From the UHGV virus genome UHGV-2113617: a stretch of DNA of 64,000 nucleotides. One strand, given 5' to 3'. Shown here piece after piece: positions 23,881-34,955 of the stretch. Below the pieces are notes generated by a model. The model did no database searches and was not told the DNA's origin. It was given only the letters and a program-made list of their open reading frames with translations. The DNA comes from a virus. The position numbers were made by a program, and so were the translations under genes. The first letter of the stretch is position 1. Each line of letters opens with the position of its first letter.

Positions 23881-26800
23881 ATGGCTACTTTAAAACAAAT
23901 ACAATTTAAAAGAAGCAAAACTGCAGGTCAACTTCCTGCTGCTTCAGTATTAGCCGAAGGTGAATTGGCTATTAATTTAAAAGATAAAACAATTTTCACA
24001 AAAGATGACTCAGGCGATGTTATAGAATTAGGTTTAAAATATGGAGGAACAATTGATGGTTCTTTAACTGTTAATGGAAATATAATTGGAAATTTAACAG
24101 GTAACGCTGCAACTGCAACGAAATTAAAAACAGCACGAAAAATTAATGGTATATCCTTTGATGGGTCAAAAGATATCACGCTAACTCCATCTGACATAAA
24201 TGTCAATAGCACAACGTTTATAAAAAATAACGGCGAATTACCTGTTGATGCTAATTTAGATACGTATGGGCCTGTTGAAGAATATCTTGGAGTTTGGTCG
24301 AAATCTACTTCAACAAATGCGCAACCGGCAAATAAATTCCCAGAAGAAAATGCCGTAGGTGTACTAGAAGTATTTGTGACCGGTCAATTTGCTGGTACTC
24401 AGAGATATACTGTAAGATCTGGTAACGTATATGTTCGATCATTGTCTGCTAAATGGAACGGTGTTAACGGTCCGTGGGGAGTTTGGCGTAATGTTCAAGC
24501 GTCAACTCGTCCACTTTCACAAACGATTGACCTTGATAGTTTGGGAGAATTAGAACATTGCGGCTTATGGCGAAATAGTTCAAGTTCTATCGCATCGTTT
24601 GACCGTCATTATCCAGAAGAAGGAGCAGCCGCACAAGGATTTTTGGAAATTTTTGAGGGTGGTTTATACACAAGAACTCAACGTTATACAACTAGATTTG
24701 GTGTTGTTTATACTCGCTGTCTTGCTGCTGCATGGGATGCTTCCGCGCCTAAATGGGGACCGTGGCAACAAGTCGGTAATGTCACACCAGCGACTTTCTA
24801 TGACGGAAACCTGAATGATTTTAAAACTCCTGGGTTATATAATATTTTAGGCACTGATGCCGTTATTAATTGTCCTACAGGCGAAGGTTTACCAGCCGTT
24901 ATTGTTGGTTTGCTGGAAGTTAAACAGCGTGCTTCTGGTGGTGCTATTTTCCAAAAATTTACTACTGCCGGAACAGGTGCAACTACTCGCGGACGTATTT
25001 TTGAGCGTGCATATACTAATGGTACTTGGGGTACATGGAACGAAGTATATACATCTTACTCTCTGCCAATTACTTTGGGTATGGGTGGTATTAAAACTCA
25101 ATTAGCGGAGCTAGATTGGCAAACATTTGATTTTGTTCCTGGTAGTATGTTTAGCGTTCCTTTGAACAAAATAAAGAACATGCCAGCAAATATGGATTGG
25201 GGTACAATTGACGGAAACTTGGTTATGTTTTCTGTCGGTCCTAGCGAACATACTAGCACAGGGCGTACTGTTCAGGTTTGGCGTGGTACTGTATCCCAGA
25301 CAAACTACCGTTATTTTGTCGTTCGTGTATTCGGTAATTCAGGAAATAGAACTTGCACAGTTCGTCGCGTTGTTCTTGAAGATGGTCGCCACAAATGGAC
25401 AGCGCAACAAGATTTTAATGGCGCAGTTAACTTCGGTGCTCCTACCAATTTTAACTCTACTGTTAACCTTAATAACACTACCACTTTTAAAACAGAAGTT
25501 AAATTTCGCTCATTGAATGCATTCCGTATGTATGGCGGAAAATTTGGTACAATTTTCCGTAATGATGGAGAGAGTCTTTATATTCTTTCTACCGACGAAG
25601 ATGACCAAGATGGAAACTTTAATACAAATAGACCTTTCCGTTATGAATTAAGAACTGGCGATGTTACTTTAGGTGGTGCTAGTGGTGCTAACGTTTTAAA
25701 ATTAAAACGTGATTCTCTCACCGCATTTTTTGGCGGTGATATTAACATGAAAGGCTTGCTGACTTTTGATGCCGGACGTTTAGGATCACGAGATTATTTT
25801 AAATTTAACCATTGGGGTGATAGTAATAATGCTCGTGATAACATCATCCAGTTAGAAGATAGTCAAGGCGCCCATTTTTCCACTGAACGTACTTTAGCGA
25901 CAGGTGCAATTAAAACTCGTTTCTTTGGCGAAACATTCACTGATGGTACATTATACCTAAATCAGATGAATAATAGCTCTGAACGATTCTCTATTAATAA
26001 TTGGGGAAATTCAGAAGTTGGTCGCGAGGCAGTGATGGAAGTCGGTGATTCCAAAGGTTATCACTTCTTTACTGCACGCAGGACAGATAACAGTTTGATG
26101 TTTGATGTTGCTGGCGATTTTACTGTGCATGGATCTTCCGGGATTACTATCAAAACCTCTACTGGTGCTCGCCACATCTGGTTTAGAGATGATAGCGAAT
26201 CGGAAAAGGCTGTTATCTGGGCTACAGATGATGGTATTTTACATATGCGAAATAATCATGGGGGTTCATTTAGTCATCACTTCCAGGGTGCAATGATTAA
26301 AGTGGGAGAGCGTGTTCCTTATGCCGGAGATCGAGGGCTTATTCGCGGTGAAGTTTCTGGTGGTGCTTATGTGAATTGGAGAGATCGCCCTGCTGGTTTG
26401 TTGCTTGACTGTCAACAAAGCGTTGATAGTGCTCATGCTATTTGGAAAGCGGTTGATTGGGGGCGTAACTACATCGCTGCTCTGGACGTTCATTGTCCCG
26501 GTGATAGTAATAATACTGCGGCAGCGGTTCTTCATGTTCAGGGTGCTGATTATCAATTCCATGCAAGTGGAGAATTTCATGCCACTGGTAACGGAAACTT
26601 TAACGATGTTTATATTCGTTCCGATCGTCGCCTCAAAGAAAACATCGAAGATTATATAGGAAATGCAACTGATTTAATCGGTAAACTGAAAGTTAAAACC
26701 TACGATAAAGTTAAATCATTATCCGACCGTGAAATTATCGGTCATGAGATCGGCATTATCGCGCAGGATTTACAAGAAATATTACCAGAAGCGATTAATA

Positions 26801-26973
26801 TTTCGAAAATTGGCAATCTTGATAAACCAGACGAAGTTCTGACAATTTCTAACTCCGCTGTGAATGCTCTTTTAATTAAGGCCATTCAGGAAATGAGTGA
26901 AGAAATTAAAGAATTAAAAACGCCTTTCTTCACTAAAATTGCTCGCAAAATTGGTAAATACTTTAAATTCTAA
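23881..26973 (+). CDS. 37: long tail fiber distal subunit gp37 with C-terminal intramolecular chaperone domain
   Basis: 1030 aa; last ~117 aa (from [14 protein letters not shown] at 26620) resemble self-cleaving chaperone domains of phage fibres. Confidence 0.9.
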   Translation: MATLKQIQFKRSKTAGQLPAASVLAEGELAINLKDKTIFTKDDSGDVIELGLKYGGTIDGSLTVNGNIIGNLTGNAATATKLKTARKINGISFDGSKDITLTPSDINVNSTTFIKNNGELPVDANLDTYGPVEEYLGVWSKSTSTNAQPANKFPEENAVGVLEVFVTGQFAGTQRYTVRSGNVYVRSLSAKWNGVNGPWGVWRNVQASTRPLSQTIDLDSLGELEHCGLWRNSSSSIASFDRHYPEEGAAAQGFLEIFEGGLYTRTQRYTTRFGVVYTRCLAAAWDASAPKWGPWQQVGNVTPATFYDGNLNDFKTPGLYNILGTDAVINCPTGEGLPAVIVGLLEVKQRASGGAIFQKFTTAGTGATTRGRIFERAYTNGTWGTWNEVYTSYSLPITLGMGGIKTQLAELDWQTFDFVPGSMFSVPLNKIKNMPANMDWGTIDGNLVMFSVGPSEHTSTGRTVQVWRGTVSQTNYRYFVVRVFGNSGNRTCTVRRVVLEDGRHKWTAQQDFNGAVNFGAPTNFNSTVNLNNTTTFKTEVKFRSLNAFRMYGGKFGTIFRNDGESLYILSTDEDDQDGNFNTNRPFRYELRTGDVTLGGASGANVLKLKRDSLTAFFGGDINMKGLLTFDAGRLGSRDYFKFNHWGDSNNARDNIIQLEDSQGAHFSTERTLATGAIKTRFFGETFTDGTLYLNQMNNSSERFSINNWGNSEVGREAVMEVGDSKGYHFFTARRTDNSLMFDVAGDFTVHGSSGITIKTSTGARHIWFRDDSESEKAVIWATDDGILHMRNNHGGSFSHHFQGAMIKVGERVPYAGDRGLIRGEVSGGAYVNWRDRPAGLLLDCQQSVDSAHAIWKAVDWGRNYIAALDVHCPGDSNNTAAAVLHVQGADYQFHASGEFHATGNGNFNDVYIRSDRRLKENIEDYIGNATDLIGKLKVKTYDKVKSLSDREIIGHEIGIIAQDLQEILPEAINISKIGNLDKPDEVLTISNSAVNALLIKAIQEMSEEIKELKTPFFTKIARKIGKYFKF

Positions 26974-26977
26974 TAAC

Positions 26978-26994
26978 AAGGGGCAATGCCCCTT
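26978..26994 (+). promoter_or_regulatory. intercistronic stem-loop between genes 37 and 38
   Basis: AAGGGGC-aat-GCCCCTT, not followed by a T-run; may modulate coupling or mRNA stability. Confidence 0.3.
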
Positions 26995-27006
26995 TGGAGA
27001 TAAATT

Positions 27007-27789
27007 ATGGCAGTAGTTGGTGTTCCTGGTTGGATTGGTAGTTCATCCGTAAATGAAACAGGACAACGATGGATGAGTCAAGCGGCTGGTCAATTAAGAT
27101 TAGGTGTTCCTTGCTGGATGAGTCAATTTGCAGGTCGCTCAAGAGAAATTATTCATACACTTGGAGCAGATCATAACTTCAATGGTCAATGGTTCCGAGA
27201 TAGGTGTTTTGAGGCAGGTAGTACACCTATAGTGTTTAATATCACTGGAGATTTAGTATCATATTCTAAAGATGTTCCTTTATTCTTCATGTACGGAGAT
27301 ACACCGAATGAATATGTTCAACTGAATATACATGGTGTAACGATGTATGGCCGTGGCGGTAATGGCGGTAGCAATAGTCCTGGCTCAGCTGGGGGTCATT
27401 GTATTCAAAATGATATTGGTGGGAGACTAAGAATTAATAATGGCGGAGCTATTGCTGGCGGCGGTGGCGGCGGCGGTGGCGGATATTATTCTCCTTTTTC
27501 ACAAATGAGATTGACCTTTGGCGGTGGTGGCGGTCGTCCGTTTGGCGCGCCGGGCGGATCTATTGATATGCAATCAGGAGCAACTGCTGGTACTATTTCT
27601 GCACCAGGCTCAGGGTCTGTGAACGGTATCTATAGCGGCGGGTCTGGTGGTGAAGTTGGCTCCGCAGGAGGTAGATGTAATATTCGTGGTCAAGGATATG
27701 AATACGATGGCGGTGCTGCTGGTTATGCCGTCATAGGGTCTACACCGACATGGCAAAACGTTGGAGCAATATATGGTCCAAGAGTATAA
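27007..27789 (+). CDS. 38: T2-type receptor-recognising adhesin gp38
   Basis: 260 aa; N-terminus [40 protein letters not shown]; glycine-rich motifs alternating with variable segments. Confidence 0.85.
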   Translation: MAVVGVPGWIGSSSVNETGQRWMSQAAGQLRLGVPCWMSQFAGRSREIIHTLGADHNFNGQWFRDRCFEAGSTPIVFNITGDLVSYSKDVPLFFMYGDTPNEYVQLNIHGVTMYGRGGNGGSNSPGSAGGHCIQNDIGGRLRINNGGAIAGGGGGGGGGYYSPFSQMRLTFGGGGGRPFGAPGGSIDMQSGATAGTISAPGSGSVNGIYSGGSGGEVGSAGGRCNIRGQGYEYDGGAAGYAVIGSTPTWQNVGAIYGPRV

Positions 27790-27819
27790 TTTGAATAAAT
27801 ATCCTTAAAAGGAGGGTCT

Positions 27820-28476
27820 ATGGCAGCACCTAGAATATCATTTTCGCCCTCTGATATTCTGTTGGGTGTTCTAGATCGCTTGTTCAAAGATAACGCTACC
27901 GGGAATGTTCTTGCTTCCCGGGTAGCTGTCGTAATTCTTTTATTTATGATGGCGATTGTTTGGTATAGGGGAGATAGTTTCTTTGAGTACTATAAGCAAT
28001 CAAAGTATGAAACATACAGTGAAATTATTGAAAAGGAAAGAAATGCACGCTTTGAATCTGTCGCCCTGGAACAACTCCAGATAGTTCATATATCATCTGA
28101 GGCAGACTTTAGTGCGGTGTATTCTTTCCGCCCTAAAAACTTAAACTATTTTGTTGATATTATAGCATATGAAGGAAAATTACCTTCAACAATAAGTGAA
28201 AAAACACTTGGAGGATATCCTGTTGATAAAACTATGGATGAATATACAGTTCATTTAAATGGACGTCATTATTATTCCGACTCAAAATTTGCTTTTTTAC
28301 CAACTAAAAAGCCTACTCCCGAAATAAATTACATGTACAGTTGTCCATATTTCAATTTGGATAATATCTATGCTGGAACAATAACCATGTACTGGTATAG
28401 AAATGATCATATAAGTAATGACCGCCTTGAATCAATATGTGCTCAGGCGGCCAGAATATTAGGAAGGGCTAAATAA
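27820..28476 (+). CDS. t: holin T
   Basis: 218 aa; matches recalled T4 holin incl. single TM segment near N-terminus. Confidence 0.95.
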   Translation: MAAPRISFSPSDILLGVLDRLFKDNATGNVLASRVAVVILLFMMAIVWYRGDSFFEYYKQSKYETYSEIIEKERNARFESVALEQLQIVHISSEADFSAVYSFRPKNLNYFVDIIAYEGKLPSTISEKTLGGYPVDKTMDEYTVHLNGRHYYSDSKFAFLPTKKPTPEINYMYSCPYFNLDNIYAGTITMYWYRNDHISNDRLESICAQAARILGRAK

Positions 28477-28749
28477 TTATTTGTTCGTATACATCTCTAG
28501 ATATCGATATACACCCTCAAAACCCTCGTTGAATTCGTCGATGAGGGTTTTCTTATCTTCTTGAGTTAATTCAGAAACAATTTTACGGAATGAATTCTGA
28601 TTTAACTTTCTACCTTCATGCGTTACTCCAATCTCATTCAGAAATGCAATAAAATTAGCACGATTCTCAACAATATCTTCTCTGGAAAATTTAATCAAAA
28701 TAGACGCAACAGTAATAATTTCACGAACTGTATCAATGTTTTTATTCAT
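28477..28749 (-). CDS. asiA: anti-sigma70 factor AsiA
   Basis: 90 aa; matches recalled T4 AsiA. Confidence 0.95.
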   Translation of the reverse strand: MNKNIDTVREIITVASILIKFSREDIVENRANFIAFLNEIGVTHEGRKLNQNSFRKIVSELTQEDKKTLIDEFNEGFEGVYRYLEMYTNK

Positions 28750-28761
28750 TAACTATACCAC

Positions 28762-28914
28762 TCAATTAGCTGACTTTATTATAATATCATCAGACACTTG
28801 ATTTGTAAACTGGTCTGTGTTATTTTCTTCAAAAATTTTTTCTACGAATTCCTTGAACGACTCACGTTCCTGAGCTACATTATGCTCGATTACCTTTTCA
28901 AGATTATGACTCAT
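28762..28914 (-). CDS. small hypothetical protein
   Basis: 50 aa ORF below the track cutoff; ATG overlaps stop of upstream ORF (ATGA). Confidence 0.3.
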   Translation of the reverse strand: MSHNLEKVIEHNVAQERESFKEFVEKIFEENNTDQFTNQVSDDIIIKSAN

Positions 28915-29189
28915 TCGAAATAATCTTCAATTTCGTAATCATGGACATAAAACATTATAGTTTTTAATACATCATCAATACTTTTTCCTGGAGCTGGAAT
29001 TACGTAAAAATATCCCGCCTTTGAGTTATCTTTATAAGTTCCAATCAAGAAATCGTTATTATTGCGATGTAGTTCTTCAATTAATTCATTAACAATTAAG
29101 CGGTATAAATTTGGTAAAAACTTATATAGCTTTTCTAGAATATCAATTTTGATTGTGTATTGAACCACAGATTGAGAATCAATAATCAT
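28911..29189 (-). CDS. arn: putative anti-restriction protein Arn
   Basis: 92 aa acidic protein between asiA and motA, position and size of T4 arn; sequence recall uncertain. Confidence 0.5.
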   Translation of the reverse strand: MIIDSQSVVQYTIKIDILEKLYKFLPNLYRLIVNELIEELHRNNNDFLIGTYKDNSKAGYFYVIPAPGKSIDDVLKTIMFYVHDYEIEDYFE

Positions 29190-29272
29190 AGACCTTCCCT
29201 TTATGTTTCTGTTTGCGATTAGATTCTTTAAACGCTTTCTTCTTATCTTTATGAACAGAAGCTTTATTAAAA

Positions 29273-29491
29273 TTATGTTTTGCGACTAAATTGTTCATAG
29301 TGCTGAATTACCTCTCTTAAACATTTGCATGTGAATGAAAACTTTTTAGCTACACCACATTCAAATATATGTTCTCTTAAATCACGTGTGTCAGTATATC
29401 CCATCTCAACAATAAAATGCCGTATTAGATTTTTATCTTTATCATTGAGAGAGTTAAAATAATCGGATTTTGAATTAATTTCCCTGGCCAA
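29273..29491 (-). CDS. hypothetical protein
   Basis: 72 aa ORF. Confidence 0.4.
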   Translation of the reverse strand: MAREINSKSDYFNSLNDKDKNLIRHFIVEMGYTDTRDLREHIFECGVAKKFSFTCKCLREVIQHYEQFSRKT

Positions 29492-29771
29492 ATTGAATCA
29501 CCTTCAGTTGACGTTTTAGCTCTTTTATCATCTCTTCGTTCATCGCAATATAAAGATCACGTAAAGCAGGTTTTAGCATTCCATTTATTGGGGAACTAAA
29601 TGGACATACATAATCTTTTCCTACGAGCTTTTTAGTGAATTCCATGTCACAAAACTGAAATGCAGGTTCATTAGCATAAATTCCCCACTTGGTTGACATC
29701 ATTTTATTGGCATATTCCAATGCTTGGATTTGATTAGTAATTCCATCAATTTGAAACTTTTTAATATTCAT
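29475..29771 (-). CDS. hypothetical protein
   Basis: 98 aa ORF. Confidence 0.4.
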   Translation of the reverse strand: MNIKKFQIDGITNQIQALEYANKMMSTKWGIYANEPAFQFCDMEFTKKLVGKDYVCPFSSPINGMLKPALRDLYIAMNEEMIKELKRQLKVIQFGQGN

Positions 29772-30232
29772 TAGTAAAGGTCCTCAGAGTAAAGTTCTTT
29801 TTCACTACCACCGCGTTCAATATGTACTTGTCCAGCGTAAGTTGCAATAATCATTGCTTCTTCACGTGTCCAATAATTACTATATTGGTCAATAAACCCT
29901 TGATCATCATCACAAACTTGCTGAGTAACTAATTGAGGTTTAACTACATCTAAAACTTCGGCCATATCTTTAGAATAATGACGAGCACCCGGAATAATAA
30001 GAGTTCGTCCATCTTTTAATTTAAAACGGTTGGCGGCACAAACAATTCGTCGTTGATACTTTTGGTTTTCATCCCAGTATGCAGACTGCCAACAGATTTC
30101 AGGAACTTCTTTTAGAATATCTTCTTCTGTGCATTTATAACCATGTGCTTTAAATTTTTCAACAAGACTTTCTGGAGTTTCACGAGATAAAGGAACATTC
30201 AGCATTTTTAAACGATTAATAAATGGATTCAT
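29771..30232 (-). CDS. hypothetical protein
   Basis: 153 aa ORF, 1-nt overlap with neighbour. Confidence 0.45.
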   Translation of the reverse strand: MNPFINRLKMLNVPLSRETPESLVEKFKAHGYKCTEEDILKEVPEICWQSAYWDENQKYQRRIVCAANRFKLKDGRTLIIPGARHYSKDMAEVLDVVKPQLVTQQVCDDDQGFIDQYSNYWTREEAMIIATYAGQVHIERGGSEKELYSEDLY

Positions 30233-30573
30233 TTAAACCATCCTTTAATACGCTGCCACAAAGTTTTCTGTTGAGCTTTGTTAACACCAATTGAGCGAAT
30301 AACTGGTTGAGATTCCTGGAATTCTTTATAATCAGCAAGGTAAATTTCGTAAGCTGCATCCGTGAATGAACTTATCGCTGCCATGAAGTTTTTACGTACA
30401 CCACCAGGAGCTATTCCGTTAGGTAATTCAGAATTTTCACGAATAATTAAATATAACCCAGTTCTAACCTTAACAATAGTTCCAAGATAAGCCCCATGGT
30501 ACCAGATATCCCACCCCTCTTGAGTGGGTTCTGCACAGCGACGAAGTTCATTGATAATTTCTAACTTGTTCAT
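30229..30573 (-). CDS. hypothetical protein
   Basis: 114 aa ORF, ATGA-type overlap. Confidence 0.45.
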   Translation of the reverse strand: MNKLEIINELRRCAEPTQEGWDIWYHGAYLGTIVKVRTGLYLIIRENSELPNGIAPGGVRKNFMAAISSFTDAAYEIYLADYKEFQESQPVIRSIGVNKAQQKTLWQRIKGWFK

Positions 30574-30583
30574 TATTTATTCC

Positions 30584-31219
30584 TCACAGTTCAGATGCTA
30601 CGGTGATTACAGCTTCAATGTTTTCTGCCGAGCGTTTAATGTCAAGATACACATTACCGTTTTTAGCGATTTTACATGACATTCCGATATCAGTAAATTT
30701 CTGAATATGATGTTCCATCATTTTGTATCCAAAAATTCGCATATTTCCATTGTTGTTAATTTCAAAATTACGAATTCCGTGAGTGCGTTTTTCTAAAATA
30801 GCGAGATAGTTACTACGATAAGTTTCAACCTTTTTAAGAACAAATCCATTTTCATCTAAAAGTTTTAACATGAAGTCTTTATCTTCTTCCATATCAGAAG
30901 TAATCTCACGAGCTTTACGAGTTGCTCGTTTTTTCAGCAGTTCAGGAGCGTTTTCCTGTGCGTATAAAGTTGCTGCATTTGAAATAATATCCTGAGCTTC
31001 ACCCGTAATGATTAATCCATCACCAGATTTCTCTACCAGGCCTTTTTTAATCAATACACCAATATTACTATTAACTACTGCATTACCTAAATCTGGATGC
31101 ACCTCACGAACTTCTGCAGCTGTAATGAAATCTTTCTTAGCAATGGTAATTAAAATCGCAGCAGTTTTTTCATTCAGAACATCGTTAGAAGCTTTGATGA
31201 TGTAAGTTACTTTAGACAT
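30584..31219 (-). CDS. motA: middle transcription activator MotA
   Basis: 211 aa; matches recalled T4 MotA. Confidence 0.95.
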   Translation of the reverse strand: MSKVTYIIKASNDVLNEKTAAILITIAKKDFITAAEVREVHPDLGNAVVNSNIGVLIKKGLVEKSGDGLIITGEAQDIISNAATLYAQENAPELLKKRATRKAREITSDMEEDKDFMLKLLDENGFVLKKVETYRSNYLAILEKRTHGIRNFEINNNGNMRIFGYKMMEHHIQKFTDIGMSCKIAKNGNVYLDIKRSAENIEAVITVASEL

Positions 31220-31244
31220 TTTCTAATCTCCGTAATTCTGTATC

Positions 31245-31305
31245 AGTAGTTGATAGTTGTATAGTACCACAGTATGCTTTGGTTGTAAACCGTTTTGTGA
31301 AAAAA
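31245..31305 (-). promoter_or_regulatory. T4-type early promoter-like element upstream of motA
   Basis: Minus strand: A/T tract, GTTTAC, spacer, GGTACTATAC; near-duplicate of element at 14145..14200. Confidence 0.4.
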
Positions 31306-31307
31306 TT

Positions 31308-31342
31308 TTTGAAATAAAAAAGGGAGAGCCTCGGCTCTCCCT
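31308..31342 (-). terminator. rho-independent terminator
   Basis: Hairpin GGGAGAGCC..GGCTCTCCC followed on minus strand by TTTTTTATTT. Confidence 0.6.
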
Positions 31343-31346
31343 AAAA

Positions 31347-31496
31347 TTACTGCATGACTGTGATAACTGTCATGATAACACGTTGAATGCCGAACGCAAG
31401 AAGACCTCCTGCTACAGCTGGAACAACACCTAAACCCGCTAGTAAAATGCCACCAGATACTAATGCAGCGCTTGTAATACCTATGAATGGACTCAT
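31347..31496 (-). CDS. small hydrophobic protein (motA.1-like)
   Basis: 49 aa (MSPFIGITSAALVSGGILLAGLGVVPAV..), below track cutoff; ATG overlaps gene 52 stop (ATGA). Confidence 0.45.
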   Translation of the reverse strand: MSPFIGITSAALVSGGILLAGLGVVPAVAGGLLAFGIQRVIMTVITVMQ

Positions 31497-32821
31497 TTGA
31501 TTTCCTCTAAATCTTTAGTGTATTCGGTAACTACATCAGTAGTTTTCCAATATTCGTTTTCTTCTTTCTTAGCTTTAGCTTCTTCAGCAAGTTTCTTTGC
31601 TTCGTCGGAAGTCATATGAAAAATATTCATTCCAACTAGTTTATCAACATAAGAAGAATACATATCAATTTTAGAAAGTTCTTCGGTCAGTTCTTTGCGA
31701 GTTTTACCTTGCACAACAATTTCACCTGAAATTACTTTCTTAATGAAATGTGCCTTGGCAAAGGCTAAACGAAATGCTGATTCAGTTTCTTTGATTTTGT
31801 TATCAATTCGTTTTTGGACATAAGTTTTACGAACTTCAACGAAGTCTTTAATTAAATCAACTACGTTATCGTAAACTTGCAGCTTTCCTTTCTCATTAAT
31901 GACTGTAATATTCTGAGAACGACGCTCAATCAACCCGAAGTCTTTCATAATTTTTGCATGACGTTCTTCTTCGTTATCGCTCAAAGAATATTCTTTACGG
32001 AATTTAACCTTGAAGCCAAACCCATGCTCACCACAAGCATCATCCCATGTAATGAAGCCTTTATCTTCAAGCTGGTCTAAGATTTTACTCACGTAAGTTT
32101 CACGATCATACTTATATGGAATTTCAGTGATATGCATTTGGGTTCGTGAAATAAACTTGTACGTTCCACGAATTTCATATTGACCATCAATTTCAACGAC
32201 TTCACCACGAAATTCTGGGAATTCTACCTTCGGTTTAGTTACTTTCTTTCCTTGAAGAGCTTGTAGTACAGCTTTCTTGACAGAAGAAACACTATGAGGA
32301 AGAATGTAAGTTGCATAACCAGTTGCAATACCGGAAACACCATTAAGAAGAACGGTAGGAATAATAGGCAAATAGAAAGCAGGCGGAATGTGTTCTTTAT
32401 CTTGATGTACCGGAGCATATTCAGTATCTTTATATACGCTATAGAAATTTTTACTTACACGAGCAAAAATATAACGACTTGCCGCTGCTTTTTGAACGGT
32501 ACGAGAACCAAAGTTTCCTTGACCATCTAACAAAGGAAAGTTATTATTCCAAGTGTTAGCCATCAAAGCCCCTGCATCTTGCGCAGAGTTTTCACCATGA
32601 TGATATCCAAGGTCAGCTACACCACCTGCAATAGAAGCAAGTTTGTGAAACTTATCTTTATTTCCTCGTGCTAAATCAAGGGCTCGAGCAATAACAAACC
32701 GTTGAACTGGCTTAAATCCATCAATCATATTTGGAATAGCACGATTTTCAACCGTGTACATAGCATAAGCCAATGCTTCATTATCAATGATACTTTTTAA
32801 ATCGCGATTATTCAGTTGCAT
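31493..32821 (-). CDS. 52: DNA topoisomerase II medium subunit gp52
   Basis: 442 aa; GyrA-like N-terminal region; matches recalled T4 gp52. Confidence 0.95.
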   Translation of the reverse strand: MQLNNRDLKSIIDNEALAYAMYTVENRAIPNMIDGFKPVQRFVIARALDLARGNKDKFHKLASIAGGVADLGYHHGENSAQDAGALMANTWNNNFPLLDGQGNFGSRTVQKAAASRYIFARVSKNFYSVYKDTEYAPVHQDKEHIPPAFYLPIIPTVLLNGVSGIATGYATYILPHSVSSVKKAVLQALQGKKVTKPKVEFPEFRGEVVEIDGQYEIRGTYKFISRTQMHITEIPYKYDRETYVSKILDQLEDKGFITWDDACGEHGFGFKVKFRKEYSLSDNEEERHAKIMKDFGLIERRSQNITVINEKGKLQVYDNVVDLIKDFVEVRKTYVQKRIDNKIKETESAFRLAFAKAHFIKKVISGEIVVQGKTRKELTEELSKIDMYSSYVDKLVGMNIFHMTSDEAKKLAEEAKAKKEENEYWKTTDVVTEYTKDLEEIK

Positions 32822-32958
32822 AAATTTACCATACTAGTGAATGTAGTGCCATAATAACATCAGAAATGAAAAGCACGACTTGAATTAATCCGAACATTAC
32901 TCCATAATATAGTGCTACCAATAAAGTAGCAAGGGCTAATGAATAGCCCAAGATTTTC

Positions 32959-33117
32959 TTAATCATTGGTAGATAACAACACAAATGTTAAATATGCACA
33001 CATACCCTGGGCTAAAGCTTGTGAAAACACACTGCTAGCATCGATACAGATAGTTAAAACACATGCTACTATCCAACAAATAAATGAAATAACTCCTAAT
33101 AGTTTTGCAATATTCAT
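32959..33117 (-). CDS. ac: small membrane protein, Ac-like
   Basis: 52 aa hydrophobic ORF (MNIAKLLGVISFICWIVACVL..) between 52 and stp, position of T4 ac; below track cutoff. Confidence 0.45.
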   Translation of the reverse strand: MNIAKLLGVISFICWIVACVLTICIDASSVFSQALAQGMCAYLTFVLLSTND

Positions 33118-33124
33118 ATTTTCC

Positions 33125-33205
33125 TCACTGGCGTCCGAAGACGCCTTTAGTTTTAAGATTGTTACGATAGAACTGCATTACATGTTCGTTATGGAAATTA
33201 CTCAT
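33125..33205 (-). CDS. stp: Stp peptide (activator of host anticodon nuclease)
   Basis: 26-codon [29 protein letters not shown] matching recalled T4 Stp; ATG overlaps ndd stop. Confidence 0.8.
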
Positions 33206-33660
33206 TAGTATGCCTGCAAAACAAATTTAAAGTTATCAGCCAACATACGATTCATTTCTTCAAGCGTTTGATACTCAGAATGATGATTACGAGTAAACGC
33301 TAAAGCTAACTGACCTTTTCCAAATCCCGTCGTCAGAGGTTTCATCTTAGAAGCAGGTAGATAAAATACCGTGTATGGAACATTGTTATTTGCAATAGTA
33401 CACGCAAGCTGAGATCGACGCTGGCGAATATGACTTAGAACTGCACTGAATCCTTGCTTAGAACGCTGATTACCTACATAAAATCGTGCAGATACACACG
33501 GACTATCAAATGGACCACCAAATTTACTCACTAAAAAGTAAAATCCAGGGTTAGACAAAATGTCTTTATGTGGAGTTCCAAAAACCCATTCACCGCCTTT
33601 GATTGTACCAATAACAGTAGCGCCTGCATTATTCAAATCAGTAACAGTCATATATTTCAT
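33205..33660 (-). CDS. ndd: nucleoid disruption protein Ndd
   Basis: 151 aa; size and position as T4 Ndd. Confidence 0.85.
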
Positions 33661-33719
33661 GTTATTTTCCTCTAATTATTTTCTACTCCAAGGCCGCATG
33701 AATACACACGGCCGATAAA

Positions 33720-33935
33720 TTAATCGTCGCAGTCGACGCTCAATTCCCAGAACTCTTCTACAGTATAAGTTTCAGTATCATTTTCAATACAGAAACGTTC
33801 ATTACTGTTATTTGCTAAAGTAGCGTTAACTGTCATTTTCTCGCTAGTGCTTTTAAGAGGTGAAATACGAATTAACTGATCACCATTATCTAAACAGAAA
33901 ATTTCACCGACCTTTACATCTTTAAAAATTTTCAT
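33720..33935 (-). CDS. hypothetical protein (ndd.1-like)
   Basis: 71 aa ORF with GAGGTG SD. Confidence 0.45.
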   Translation of the reverse strand: MKIFKDVKVGEIFCLDNGDQLIRISPLKSTSEKMTVNATLANNSNERFCIENDTETYTVEEFWELSVDCDD

Positions 33936-33943
33936 AATTCACC

Positions 33944-34054
33944 TCAAGGAGTATAAAATCCAAACGCAGTTGTTGACCATCCCATCCAGTATGGGAAATT
34001 TGCACCAATGTAAAACATAAGAATATAAAACCAACCACTCAGCAAATTCATCAT
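33944..34054 (-). CDS. small hydrophobic peptide
   Basis: 36 aa; ATG overlaps stop of upstream ORF (ATGA). Confidence 0.3.
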   Translation of the reverse strand: MMNLLSGWFYILMFYIGANFPYWMGWSTTAFGFYTP

Positions 34055-34269
34055 TTTACACCATTCCAAATTGTTTCAACCACAGATTTTAAGCCATTTT
34101 GATGAATGTCCATTCCGACAACCGCCATCAAATAGATTCCAACCACAACTGAACCCAAGGCGAAAATCAGCATGAAAATGAATAAAGCTGGAAAAATATT
34201 ATCGAAAAACCATTCCATAAATGTAAAAGCACTACGTTTACGCTTCATATTTTCCTCACATAAATCCAA
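34051..34269 (-). CDS. small membrane protein
   Basis: 72 aa with hydrophobic segment. Confidence 0.45.
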   Translation of the reverse strand: MDLCEENMKRKRSAFTFMEWFFDNIFPALFIFMLIFALGSVVVGIYLMAVVGMDIHQNGLKSVVETIWNGVK

Positions 34270-34369
34270 AGTAAGCGTTTAATACATCAATCATTAAAAC
34301 GATTGGGAATATACTCAAAACTACTAGTATTATAACTACATTCCATATAGCTTTAACAATCTTTTTCAT
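34256..34369 (-). CDS. small hydrophobic protein
   Basis: Track ORF 34256..34504 trimmed to ATG 34369 with GGAGG SD; the upstream part overlaps a promoter-like element. Confidence 0.4.
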   Translation of the reverse strand: MKKIVKAIWNVVIILVVLSIFPIVLMIDVLNAYFGFM

Positions 34370-34384
34370 TTTCTGTTCCTCCGT

Positions 34385-34445
34385 AGTTGATAGGGTAATA
34401 ATACCACAGAGGAACAGTCTTGTAAACAACTTTTTTAAAAATATT
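34385..34445 (-). promoter_or_regulatory. T4-type early promoter-like element
   Basis: Minus strand: A/T tract, GTTTAC, spacer, GGTATTATTAC. Confidence 0.35.
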
Positions 34446-34612
34446 CGTAATAAATGTGAATACCAATCACTACTGCCGAAACTTGTGCAACCCACCACGC
34501 ACAAGCAATAAGTACAGAATTCAAAATTTTCATAATAACCTCATCACAAAAGTAAATGTTAAACAAATTAATGGAATACTAATTAACCAAATAAAACACC
34601 ACCACAATGAAC

Positions 34613-34876
34613 TCATAGTTCAATCTCAGCGATTTTCATTTCATTACTATTAATAGCCGCTTTAAGACTATCTGAAAGAATTACATCCCAGTGGTCATTC
34701 ATATGACCATTAACTAAGCGTGTAATTTCTTCGGGAGTTGAAAAATAAGGTGTATCAGACTCCCAGTGCGATAGTCCCAAGCGAGTATAAATCATACCTT
34801 CATCATCGCTAGAATATTCAATTGACACAAACTCATCAGTTATTTTATGTTTAGCGTAATAAAATTTAAATTTCAT
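34613..34876 (-). CDS. hypothetical protein
   Basis: Track ORF 34613..34969 trimmed to ATG 34876 with GGAGGAG SD. Confidence 0.4.
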   Translation of the reverse strand: MKFKFYYAKHKITDEFVSIEYSSDDEGMIYTRLGLSHWESDTPYFSTPEEITRLVNGHMNDHWDVILSDSLKAAINSNEMKIAEIEL

Positions 34877-34889
34877 TTTTACTCCTCCG

Positions 34890-34955
34890 TAGCTGATAGT
34901 TGTATAGTACCACAGTCCTTGTGGTATGTAAACTGTTTTGTGAAAATTTTTTAAA
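34890..34955 (-). promoter_or_regulatory. T4-type early promoter-like element
   Basis: Minus strand: A/T tract, GTTTAC, spacer, GGTACTATAC. Confidence 0.4.

Noticed and set aside
27400-27720. GGC/GGT-rich repetitive stretch as a possible simple repeat or CRISPR-like array
   Set aside because: It lies inside gp38 and encodes the glycine-rich motifs of the adhesin; no repeat-spacer periodicity.
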